The notes beneath the pieces are model-generated. The model was not told where the DNA came from. It did not search any database and saw only the letters and a list, made by a program, of their open reading frames with translations. A stretch of 63,006 bases of DNA, filler included, from Welwitschia mirabilis (lineage: Eukaryota), in NCBI GenBank assembly GCA_051453625.1. It is 6 parts of one record of this genome, joined end to end, with 100 filler letters (N's around TTAATTAATTAA, not from the genome) between each part and the next. Parts side by side here need not be neighbours in the genome. Positions count along the whole stretch, not along the records: positions 20,848 to 27,870 come from JBOZIK010000001.1; positions 27,971 to 47,124 come from JBOZIK010000001.1; 4 more parts are not named here. One strand, written 5' to 3'. The position numbers were made by a program, and so were the translations under genes. Positions 25,450 to 36,983 of the stretch are shown here, piece after piece; position 1 is the first letter of the stretch; every line of letters starts with the position of its first letter.

Positions 25450-28400
25450 TCCTTTGCTCTTGGTAGCTGTATCAAAGAAGATTGACTAGGTGTGTTCTTA
25501 GGAGGTAAGAGAGGAGGGAGTCTCTTCTCGTATCTATTGACCTAAGAGCTCTCTAATGTCATAGAAGTCTATTTCAATACTCATGTCTGTGATGGGCTTC
25601 TTTCTGAGTAGTCTCAGAAGGGACATTCACCGCATAAAAGTCAGTAACACTTATCACCTTTGGGCCTGAGGCCAACTAAGCTTTCATGTTGTTAAGGATG
25701 TCCTAAACGTTCACATTGGTTTGGTTGCGTTGCATTGTGGACTTGCTATAGTCTTTTAGAGTCATGTTATGCTCACGAGCTACCTTGGAAGAAAGGATAT
25801 TGGTAGAAACATTAGAATTGATTAAGTAATTATGGACCTTCTTACCAAACATTCGTAGGGTAAGTAGAAAAGGTAAAGCCTTCTTCCTAGAGCTAAAGAT
25901 GGTGGCTTTGGCTTCTAGCTTGGCAATGTTCATCTTAGGAGGAGACGTACATTGGCGGTAGGTGTCCACAGAAGCACACACTTATGTAAGCTTCCTCCTT
26001 TGTTCCTTGCTCATTTGGGGGACCTCAAAGAGAGAAAGGTTGGCTTTGCATTTCTTGAGTCCTTCTACTACATTATAGGACTAAGTAGCTTACTACTTTT
26101 CTTTGTTTATCGTGGAAGACACCTTAGAAGTGTTGATGCTGGTATCTATCATCTTTTGGAAGACGAGAATCATTTGGCCTTTCTTCATTGGACGACATGC
26201 GATTCTTATAAGAAGGGATGAAGGTAGTCATGTTCTCCTTTGTCCTTTCCTTGCTAGGGTTAGTCTTGAGGCCTATGGACTCCCTATTCGCAGCCCTAGC
26301 TTTTCCTAGTTTAAACTAAGGTTTGGAGCACTAAGAGATGCTCAATAGCATTTGTAGGTCCATTCTCACCTTAGTGAGGGACCAGAGTAACATTATGTCT
26401 ATTTAACAAGTTGGTGATGTCAAAATAGTAAGTACCCTCCATATAGGACATGGAATTAGTTTGATGTTGAGAGGTTTTCATAATCTCGTGGATCTCTAGG
26501 TTGTTTTGACAATTATATCTAGCATGGCTGGCAATCTAGTGGAAGGGATAAAAGTGATGAGAGATTGTTGAGTTTGTGTTGTCCATGGGAACCTATCCCT
26601 ATGCTCTTTGGGATCCTGCCCAAGGTTAGGGAAGCTTTTCCTTGTGGTTCTTTCCTTCCAATCTAGGATTCTTCCTTGTTAGGAGTCTTGGGCTGCTTTC
26701 AGAGCCCAAGGAAGACATCATGGAGGTGGAGGGATAGCTTGGGGCTACAGGGAGAGGACTAAGAGATGGGTGAGACCTAAAGTGGTTGGAAAGAAGTCGA
26801 GGAGTTGGAAGAAGGGCAAGTAGCAAGAAAGTAGATATAGAGGATGGGGAAAGAGCAGGCAATTATGGTGGTTGGAAGGATTGGGCAGGGGCATGATTGA
26901 AGGAATTGGACATAGGGAGAGGAGTAATATTAGGAGAAGGAGGCATACTAGGTATAGATGAACTATGCTTGGAGAGCAATATGGAGTGCCTGATGCCAGT
27001 GTCTCTAGGCTCATTGTCTCATTCACTAAATTTTGGAGACTGTTGAGGTTAGGCTTTTGCTTGAGGAAGAAGCAAGTCATCCCATTGGGGGCAAACTTGT
27101 ACAACACCATCACTTGAAAAGCTAATGGCTTGGACTTGGTCATAAATGACCTAAAAGTGGTTGTTAAAGGTCTTGACCATCTTTGTATACTCATTTTTGA
27201 TGGTTGCGAAGTACTGCTAAAGGTTCTCTGAGTGCATTTGCCTACCAAATTACTGAAGAACAAGCTTGAACTAGACCATTCCATGAGCTGATGGAATTTA
27301 GAGGAACTCACGTGCATCACAGTTATGCTTCCCCACAAGATAGAGGAGAAATAATTGTCAAAAGACATCTTCTTTGTTGACTTTCAGAAAGGATAAGCCC
27401 TTAGTGAAGATTGTAATGTGGTCTTTTAGGCTAGAGTAAGAGTGAGGACTCAATGCTTATAGGAATTTGTTACACTTGGTAAGCAGGTTTTTGCAGTTTG
27501 GAAAGTTGATGAGATTGTTCTTGGTATATGGAATTGAATTTGGATTAGCCCTTGGATTAGGTTGGACAATAAAACTATGAGTAACTAAGGTGATGATAGA
27601 AGTTGTAGATGGGATCGAGTTAACTCTTCAACGGTGAAAGTTGTTAGGAGCTTAATAGGCACCCTAAAGGGGGGGTTGAATAGGGTAAACAAGATATTTT
27701 GATACTTTTAAAGAAATATAAATCTGATAGCACAAATATTGAACAATAAACGAATAAACAACTGAATGAAAAAACAAAAGAACCAAGTGCACTAGATTTT
27801 ATAGTGGTTCGGCCAAGCCTACTCCACTCTCAGGGGGCAGCAAACAGCTATCAGCCTCCCGGTTCCCTTANNNNNNNNNNNNNNNNNNNNNNNNNNNNNN
27901 NNNNNNNNNNNNNNTTAATTAATTAANNNNNNNNNNNNNNNNNNNNNNNNNNNNNNNNNNNNNNNNNNNNACAAGTTCAGGCCAGATTTCTGAATATTGA
28001 TAGAGATTCCTTCAAGTGATCTTTTCTCAATGTAAGCAAGCCACCTTTAATCCACTAGATGGAGGTATATATAGATACAAGCCAGAGAAGAGCCATTGGT
28101 GGTTGGAAACTGCAGTTTAATGTCTATAAAAGGCTATATTTTTGCGTCAACAAATATATATCCGAATGTCCCATCGTAAAAGTTCGGACGTCCCTGTTTT
28201 TTAATCTTCATTTCTGGACAACCGAACACAGGGTCGGACGTCCCTGTTTCCAAGGTCGGACGTCCCAGTATAAAAAGTCCGTATATAGGGTCGGACGTCC
28301 CAATTTGTCAGGATAGATGTCCCTATACAATAAATCTATGTACAGGGTCGGACGTCCGAGTTTATCAGTTCGGATGTCCCAGTATATAAAACCGAGTAGA

Positions 28401-28760
28401 GCTCCGGACATCCCGATTACTCAGGACGGACGTCCCAATACATAAAACCGCATGGATGGTCAGACGTCCCAATTAGACATGGCGGACGTCCCGGTCTGGA
28501 GAAATCTTGTTTTCTTAACTGAAAAACTTCATCATTGAAAATATTTGATGCAACAAAAGTCTTTTACAGGAGAAGGAGGGGACTTGGATGGAAAGGACTT
28601 TGCTAGACAAGTCTCATAGCAGCTAAGCTCTCTTGAGAAGGACTTTAGTGAAGGGACTTCTCAATTCCTTCTAATTCTTTTGTGATCAATACTTAAATCA
28701 CATCTGGCTATGGTACAATAGGATAAGGAAAATGCAATGGCCCTCCTTTTGGCACCAGAA
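25450..28760 (-). pseudogene. Decayed Tat-like gag-protease, interrupted by a solo LTR
   Basis: LPFLLTLRMFGKKVHNYLINSNVSTNILS (degenerate protease, cf. L(I/V)DSGAS); PBS-like TGGTGCCAAAAGGAGGG on the minus strand at about 28741-28757, then TGTTGATG at about 28765. Confidence 0.6.
27642..28555 (-). mobile_element. SIRE-like solo LTR with a perfect 5-bp TSD
   Basis: TGTTAGG...GCAACA flanked by AAAGT (27637-27641 and 28556-28560); GGACGTCC array at 28165-28495; termini resemble the reverse complement of 54548-55692. Confidence 0.88.
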
Positions 28761-30818
28761 GAGGTGTTGATGTAAATTCCTTTCCCTATGCATACAAGAG
28801 CAACAACACATAGTTTCTAGGGTGAAGGGATGCTAGAAATAAGGTACTGTAGGAGAATTCATCATGGTATAGAGTAGCCAAGGCATAGGGTAGAGCTATG
28901 TGGGCTTAAGTCTAGTGAAGACCTCATGGAATGATAAGATATAAAAACAAAACAATGAAAGACAAAGGAAAAAGGAGGGAGAAAGGATCTGTGTTCTCAT
29001 ACCAAAGCTGTAAGAGATTGATTTCTTTATGAAGGGAAAAAGGCATATCAAAAGCTGGTCTTTTTCAATTGTTATAGCAAGCTGCCTTGACTTCTTTGCA
29101 AGGAATAAGGGGTGCCTAACATAGATTCCTCCTCACCGTTAACTTTATTGTGCCTTCAGAGTAAGGTTCTAGAGTCTAAGGGAAGACAAAAGCTTTATTA
29201 ATAGTAAAATCCAAATGCAAAGTGTAGAGATTAATAATTTCATTCTCTGTAAAGGGACAGAGTATAAGTAGACTTTCTTCCAGCTCTCCTCCATCAACTC
29301 TAGAGGGAGGAATTGGAAGAGGAATAGGAGAAATTGTTGACGATGTTATAAACTCGGTTTAACATTCCTTAGGATGGAGCCTTAAAGGCTTCAGTGAAGT
29401 ATGTTGAATTGACTGGGAATCTCTAAGATCTACATAGGTGGTATGGTTGATTGGATGAAGGAGATCCGTACTACAAAATCCTTTGAGCAACAACATGACT
29501 GAAATGTTATAGAATCCTTTGCTACTTTGTGTTGTATTTTGGAATTTCTCATCATTTCTTGTACTTTTCCTTTTTACTACTTTGGTCATTCTAATTTGTG
29601 TACTCAATATTCGATGAGTAGAACTTTATAAGTTCATTTTTCTTTGAAATTTGGAAGCATTTTTATTTTTTTAAAATTTGGAATGCAAGATGTCAAAGGT
29701 AAAGCTATACCTGTTAAGTTAATAAAAGTTCTGAGGGTTTCCTTATTTTACTGCGGTGATATCATCCAGTTTTTATCTTGGCTAATTCAACTATTGTTTG
29801 AAATCATTGTCACCCTATGGTAGGTAAGTCTGGGGTTTTTCCTTGGCTAATCAAACTGTGCTTTATTTGAAACAGTTAAAGTTATGAAATTGGCTTTCTT
29901 ACTTCAAGCTTGCTCAAACTAGATCAATTTCTGCCTTCAAATAAAGAATTTAAACCTAACCTTAGTGTGGAGTTTGTTGAAGACTTTAAAATTTTCTTGG
30001 TTAATTGATATTTCTGAAATATTTGAATACTGAAACGTTCCAACTTGCAATTGATCCTATCTTAGAAATCAAGGGCTCTTGGCCCTCCACTGGGCAATCC
30101 TAATCTTCTGGTTTGATAAACACAGTAGGCTTTTGTGGACTGGTTCGGAATATCTCCCAAAAATGAAATTATCAGAATTTGGAATTTCAATGCTTAAATC
30201 AATCAGCAAAAGCAATCAGTCAATGAGAAGCTTAAAACATTGCTACATTGCTAAGCATACAACGGTGTATTTTAATAGGATGAAACTACATTCCTTCCAA
30301 GCATGCATCAGGATACACGGGTAATTTAAAAACTTAAGTATGTCAAGAAAGAAATCTATTTGAAAATAAAATAACAATAGCTTTGATCAAGAACAAATTG
30401 GTCAACCCTGTGGAGTTGGACAGCCCATGAACTATTTTAAATTGTCAACAAAATATTAAATCAAGTCCATGTTAAAAATGTCTCCACACATGTTATAGGA
30501 ATAACTTCTTTAAAAAATTAACAGAACATGTATCACTTATAATTCTTGATGAAATGAAATAATAAAAATTATTATCTAATTTTTAATTCTTTAGTTACAA
30601 TTTCGTAAGTTTCCAACTTGAGGTTTAATAAAACCCAATATAAATTTCTTATTTAGAAAATATAAATTATATAATTATATGTTTATATTTTAGGAGATAT
30701 AATACAAAATCTGTATTACAAAACTCATATTTCAAAAAAGTTAAAATAATATTCTTTATAAAACTTTACAAAGGGTGAGCTTTACATCTTTAATAATTTA
30801 GCAACCAAAAGTTCTTTT

Positions 30819-30871
30819 GGGGTTGGTGCGAGGGGCGGGAAGGGGGAACGGGGGAGGGGAGGTTTGGGGGG
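30819..30871 (+). other. G-rich tract, potential G-quadruplex
   Basis: Seven runs of at least 3 G in 53 bp within AT-rich non-repetitive DNA. Confidence 0.5.
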
Positions 30872-31327
30872 AAGAACTTCCTAGGAATAACAAACTTACT
30901 AATCCGGCTGATGCATAGTCAAAATTTGAAGAAACAAAAACCATACCAGAATTCTAAAAGCCATCCATAAAAGAGCATTAGGAATAATACATTATTCATT
31001 TCGTTTGTTTCGTAAAAATCACTTAGTGTGCCATATTGACAAGTTGTAAACAAGACTTGGACAAAAATCATGAATCATGACTGAAATCTTAACAAGGCCA
31101 CTATGTGCTGTATGCTAACAGAGGCCTCCAATGAAACAATGTCTTATTGTAATACTCCAAACTGTATGTGCATCAACACTGAAAGTGTCATGTGTAATTT
31201 AATTATATGATTTGTGATTCCCTTAATCTCAAGAATTTAAAATTAGTTTTGAGTATTGGTGTGCGTGTTTTATCCTATGGAAGACAAAAGGAAGCTTGAT
31301 ATATAGAAGATATGGTTATCTTTGCAG

Positions 31328-31411
31328 ATATGGTATGTCTGCAACAGCAAAAGATTTTGAAATTTATGCTTCAAATGCGACCTTTGAGGATCCTCTCATG
31401 TGTGCTCATGG
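31328..31411 (+). CDS. Internal exon of a plant NTF2-like (SnoaL-like fold) family gene
   Basis: TTTGCAG acceptor and GT donor; encodes YGMSATAKDFEIYASNATFEDPLMCAHG, which I recall as matching the conserved plant protein motif LYGxxATxxDFEIYAPxAxFEDPLMxAHG (At5g04830-like, from memory). Confidence 0.88.
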
Positions 31412-31539
31412 GTATAGAATTTGCCACTTTCTATAATTCATGTAGTGTCATGTACATAGTTCCCATATGCAAAGGATCCATCTGTGCTGAATTAACACTA
31501 AGTTCTGTACATTTTGTTTTGTCTCTGCTGGCTATGAAG

Positions 31540-31579
31540 AGTGCAACAAATCAAATCAGCTTTTTATTCTCTTCCAAAG
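31540..31579 (+). CDS. Next exon of the same NTF2-like gene
   Basis: After a 128-bp GT-AG intron the split codon GG|A is completed and the frame continues VQQIKSAFYSLPK, followed by GTGATG. Confidence 0.88.
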
Positions 31580-32127
31580 GTGATGAGATCATTTTTGAAT
31601 ATTTATCTTTAATGATTTGAAGAATTTGTGCAATGAAAATGCTTTATGTAGAGTAGTTTCTTATGCACGTAAAGAAAGAGATGGTTTGACCAGTTGCTAT
31701 GTACGCTTGTCATTATCTTCCAGTTCATAAGAGATAAATCACTGAAAAAGTACAAAACTTATGTGCTTAATGTTGGTTTCATTGTATTTTCCCTAAGACT
31801 TTTTACTTTTTGGCTGATGTTGTTACGTTCACTAAAATTATCACTTTTTCCTTCAAAGAAGTTAAAATTCTGGGTTTATGGTGGCTGCTGCACTATTAAG
31901 AATAGGAGTTTTATGTCTCTAAAATAGGATTTATATTAGATGCGAAGCATTCCTCTTTCCAATTTCTTCCCTTGGCTCCCAAACAACTACTTTCTACCTA
32001 AAGGGTTTTAGTGAGTTGAAGGCTCCATCTTGGGGAAAAAAAACTATAACCCTAAGGGCCAAAGGAAAAAGGGAGATGGGATCATCTTAATATTAGTATT
32101 TGAATATTCAAATTTTCTTGTGAGTAA

Positions 32128-32201
32128 TATAAAATCAGAGTTTACATGCAACAACAATACAAAGAATAGTGGAGGGTGAAAAAGCAAGAAAGACAACAAC
32201 A

Positions 32202-32232
<31 letters not shown>

Positions 32233-34322
32233 TCCACAAGACACATAGATGTACAAGGTAAAACCCTCAGAGGCTGCCACATTGGAAGAAAGAGCTCTCT
32301 TAGCTATTAGGTAAATGAACATGCCACATTTATGATGTGCAGGGGTCTAAGTTCTTTAAATAGGGTTAGGGTTCTAACCTTATCCAAGCTTGAAACCCTG
32401 GAATTCACCTTTTCTTTGTTTACATATCTAGCTGCCTCATTTATTATTTAGGCCTCAGTTTAAATTTTAACTTTAATTCTAACAGGTAAATGGACTACCA
32501 AGGGTTGATCTTCCTTAAGAACATTATAACATAACACAAAAATGCAAACCTAAGATTTGGCTTTAAATACTAACAATCTCCCACTTGAAGACAAATCTAC
32601 CTTATCCATCCATGTGAAGCAACTACAATACTGACTTGATCTCTAACATCTAAGGAATTTATTAGGTTACCTTCAATGTCACATATCATTTTGCTATCAT
32701 GGAATGGTACCTTCCACTAAAATAGTCGTCAATAAGACTAAAGCATTTGTGTTCAAACTAACCAAAACAACTTGGATTATGGTAGAAAAGGAGTTGGATT
32801 GCAATCAGAACAGACTAGAGGCTCTCTAGCAAATGGTTCTTTTCATTTCTAGAACAAGGGCCTTCTAAAACTATGCAGTATATAACAATGGAAACAAACT
32901 AGAGTGATATGATGACCACTATGCATGAGATGTTCAATATAACTAGTTTTTATAAACTTCTGCATCAGTGCATAAACTTCTACTTATTGAAGTGACTGCA
33001 ATAGATAAAAGAACAAAACATTGTACAACTCTTATTACCAATATGTCATGATGAAGGAAAAATACACCATAAATTGGCTAAAACCCACCAAAGAGGATCA
33101 TCCTCCACAACAACAATTTGGACCTCTCCTAAGGACTTGGCCTTCTTAGAGGATTCATCATCATGTCTAAGCAATAGACAATTTCTCTTTACATACATGT
33201 CCTTTCGTCTTGCATTTCCAGCAAATTGGTTTACTTCTTTTCCTCCTTTTGGTCTCCACTTGCATATAATGGCTCAGCCTTAGATGAAGATCCACTAGTC
33301 CTAGAATGATATTATTCCTCTATTCAAGGAATAGCAACAACTTTGTCATAGTCCATGGCTGTAAATGTATTGGCACTAATCTCTATCACTGCATGATCCC
33401 AATTTCATAATGCACCTAACAAGATGAACGAGTGTTTGATGCCCGACGAGCCTTACAGCCTTCTGCTTCTAGATTTGCTACTATGACATTAGGTCATGCC
33501 AACAAAGTCAATGGCATTTCCAATTCTTTCATACCCATTGAATGAATCTCATACAATAAATATGTGATTTTCATTTTCCACAAATGATAATGCTTTGCAT
33601 TGAAGTTTTTCACAATAGCCATATTTGTATCCACAACTCCCAAAAAATCAAGAAACTGCAAACAAAGAAAAACAATCCACCATAGCTTTAGGAAAACCCG
33701 CAATCCCTCCAATTTCACATTGCACATCCTCAAAGATCTCCTTCAATCTCCATATAGAAGAAATAGAGCTCAAATAGAAGGAAAAAACCCTTGATCCACT
33801 TGCTTTAGAACTTGGCATTATTTGTTCATGTGATCGCTAGAACTTAGGGGATAAAATCCTAATCCCCCAATAACAAGTGTTGCAAAAAAATAGAGTTTAT
33901 GTGCAACAACAATAAAATGAATAATGAAGCATGACAAACAAAAAATGTGAAACCCAAGAAAATCCATGACATGAGCTTACATGCTAAAACCCTAAAAAAG
34001 GTAGAGGGAAACATCCATATGAGAAGAAAGTGCTCTATTGGCTGGTATGCAAATGAACTTGTCGCATTTACAATGTGCAAGGATTCAAGTTCTTTAAAGA
34101 GGGTTAGCATTTTAACCCAAGCCGAGGTTGAAATTCTATATTAAAAAAAAACCTCTAGAATTCACTCTCTTTTAGTCTTATGCCTTATTCCCTCATTTAT
34201 TCATAGGTCTTGCTTTATATTATTACTTTAATTACAACATGTGTATGAACAACCAAAGGCTTATCTTCCTTAGCAACATTACAACATAAAACAAACACAA
34301 GTTTTGGTTTCAAACTCTAATA
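32128..34322 (-). mobile_element. Old gag-only (TR-GAG-like) Copia derivative, about 2.2 kb
   Basis: Diverged LTRs about 32128-32575 and 33878-34322; PPT AAGTGGGAGAT (32576-32586); gag start MAIVKNFNAKHYHLWKMKITYLLYE; possible TSD AGTAA (32123-32127, 34323-34327). Confidence 0.7.
32205..32232 (+). repeat. (AG)14 microsatellite inside an LTR
   Basis: Direct reading. Confidence 0.95.
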
Positions 34323-34409
34323 AGTAAAACACTTGTCAAAAGTTGACATTTGTATCAAGGAAATATTACAACATGCCTTCTTTTGAGAAAAATTTGTATA
34401 TGCCATCCT

Positions 34410-35309
34410 TAATAGAGGATCAACCCCAGATCTAGAGAGGTGGGGGGTGAATACAATTTATGAAAAAATTCAATCTAATAAAATTTAATCGATCTTCATT
34501 GGTTTTTATCACATCAAAAAAGAGTAAGAATCTAAACAAAAATGTAGAGGATAAAAACAAGTGCACAACAAATTTTGAAAGTGGCTTAGGTGCAATGTGC
34601 AACCTTTGTCCACTCTTTAAGCCTTAAACATCACACCTAAGGTTGTATCTCTATAATTTCTCAAAGCTATGATGCTAACCTATAACCGTACATCTTGGAT
34701 AGTGAGGTCCAATCCACAAACTAAAATTTGCAAGAGATGCTTTGAATGAGAGGTATGCCTTGTTGCTCCTATGCATTTCACTCAAGATTAGAAGAATTCC
34801 TTTTGTAATGTGTGTTAAGCTAGGCTTAGAGAATAGACAAAGATCAATAAAAAAATTCATGGAATAGTAGAAGGCATAATCAAATTCTTGAGAGAAAAAT
34901 GGAAGAATAGTATTTCCAATTGAGTGGCACTTGTCTTTTTATATGTTGAGAGCTGATCTCGGCATTTAGGGGATTGGAGCTTGCTAATCATCAAATTAAT
35001 TCTCATCTAGTTCATCAACAGCTAAAATGTTTAAATTCATGTTTAATCGCCCACATAGTCTCTCTACTCGTTTGAATGTTTTTCGGTTGAATAATCTGGT
35101 CATTTACTTAAAAAGCTAGGTCAAGTTGATAGCATTTGATTTTTATAGGTCTAGATCTATAGCTATTAGGTCACCCACAAAAATATCTAGTTAGTTGAAT
35201 ACTTGGATATTGAATTGAACACAAACCAAGGGGTTGTCCCAAGTGAGATATCGGTCAGTGGTTGCCCTGACGACGAAATTTTGGCAATCATAAATCTAAT
35301 CAAACAACA
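34410..35309 (-). mobile_element. Old SIRE-like solo LTR remnant
   Basis: CTAGAGAGGTGGGGGGTGAATA near the left end, like the termini at 27642 and 59108; ends ...AAACAACA; no TSD seen. Confidence 0.5.
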
Positions 35310-36950
35310 AAACTTCACTTGAATACTAGATTTGAAAATATCATATTACAAACACAAATTTTGCAATTTCAACTATTCATCAGACAATAATAACAACTTG
35401 TTTTTAATTAGTAATTCCACTCTTACTTATTGATGGCATTTCTTGTAGTTTCACATATTTGCTTAATTTTCCATTTAGTAGTCATTGAATGCATTAAAAA
35501 AGATGATAGAACAATGCTCTCTAACAAGAAATTGCATTAGAAATAGCAAATTGACTTTACTGTGGTTAAAGGAAAGAACAACATTAAAACAGTCGCTACT
35601 CCAAAAATCGAACGGGAGATGATGTTAATAAAACCATACATCTTGAAACCATGGTAGAGGGCTTCATTATACAAATGAAATTTTTGCCAAATCACATTGA
35701 GAATCAACACAAAGATATTCCTTGCAAAAGGACAAAGTTGGAAGCAGTGACTGGCATCCTAGAGATTTATTGTTGTTTCTTAGCAGGATCCCCTCCTGCC
35801 AATGGTATCTCAAGATCTTGTTTGGGATGTTGGTGCCTGCTAATTTTGTTTTTCCAAAATTGGCATACTAGCAATTTATTGCCATTTCTCGATGAGATCC
35901 CATTCCAAATCTAGAGGCCTTTTAACTTTTTTAAAGAAAATAATTTGAAGAAAACAAATAAAACCTAATTAAAGGGGATTTGATCCCTCCATTTTCTAGA
36001 ATTTTGTTTCACTTCTCTTGATGCCATAAACAACCCCTACAACAATGCAGTTGTGGTAACATTAGGGTTTTGGACGGTTAAAACATTTAAAATATATAAA
36101 TAAATTATAAATATGTAAAATGTATAGTTTCTTAATATCTCGAGATTTTGTGGGCATAGCCAGTATTACTCCCAGGACCTTGTAAGATCCCATCTAGAAA
36201 ATTTATGTCAGGAGGGGACGAGATGTGGAACGCAATCATACGTTGCAACAAAAATTGAATTGACAATTAAAATTTAAGATTTGCAAAATAAAAATAGACA
36301 TATTGAATGGAATGTTCCAGATGTTAGTGCAACTATTTCTAAAGTTCTAAAACAATGGGAAGAAACAGGAGAGAAATCCCAAACCTTGATCTACTAGGGG
36401 TTCCTAAAAGAGAGGACGAGAATTTAATTGAAGAAATTCCACAATCAGTAGAAGAAAAAAATTTACGTTAAAAAATAACCTATTGTCGATGCAAATTCAA
36501 TTTGTGTAGGTTTGGAAAGGGCAACAATGTCCAGTTCCCAAGGGTGAGGTCCTAGACTTATTTTAGAGGGCGGCTAGAAATTAGGTACCCAATACAATTG
36601 CCCTTAGGGTACATAGTAATTGGGGAATAGGGTTAGAGCATAGGCTAAGTGTAGTGAGTAACACCTCACAGGTACTAAGGTAGGTTTAAAGAAAAAACAA
36701 GGAACGGAAATGAGAAAATAAAATAGAGGGTATAGTGTAAGGAATAGAAGGGGAACCTCTTAGAGGAGAAGGTATCCTCAGATTGTTCCAAGGTGCTAGG
36801 TGAAGGGCATAGAATAACTCTTAGATATGGGAATAGAGGTTTCAGCCGGATCTCCTCCCAAGGTTGTAACTAGGTGATCGTAGTTCTTCAAAAAGGGAGA
36901 ACAGAAAGGCTACACTAGGAGGGTGTTCTTTCTGCACTAAAGATAAAGGG

Positions 36951-36983
36951 TCTCTCTCTCTCTTTCTCACACACACACACACA
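36951..36983 (+). repeat. Compound (TC)n(AC)n microsatellite
   Basis: Direct reading. Confidence 0.85.

Noticed and set aside
26745-27368. 207-aa ORF as a host gene
   Set aside because: Lies within decayed Tat-like gag sequence with low-complexity composition and no splice structure.
31312-31620. 102-aa ORF from the track as a gene
   Set aside because: Wrong frame and runs through the intron; the real coding signal is the two spliced exons.
35400-36200. Further exons of the NTF2-like gene
   Set aside because: Unique-looking DNA, but no frame matched the expected downstream peptide.
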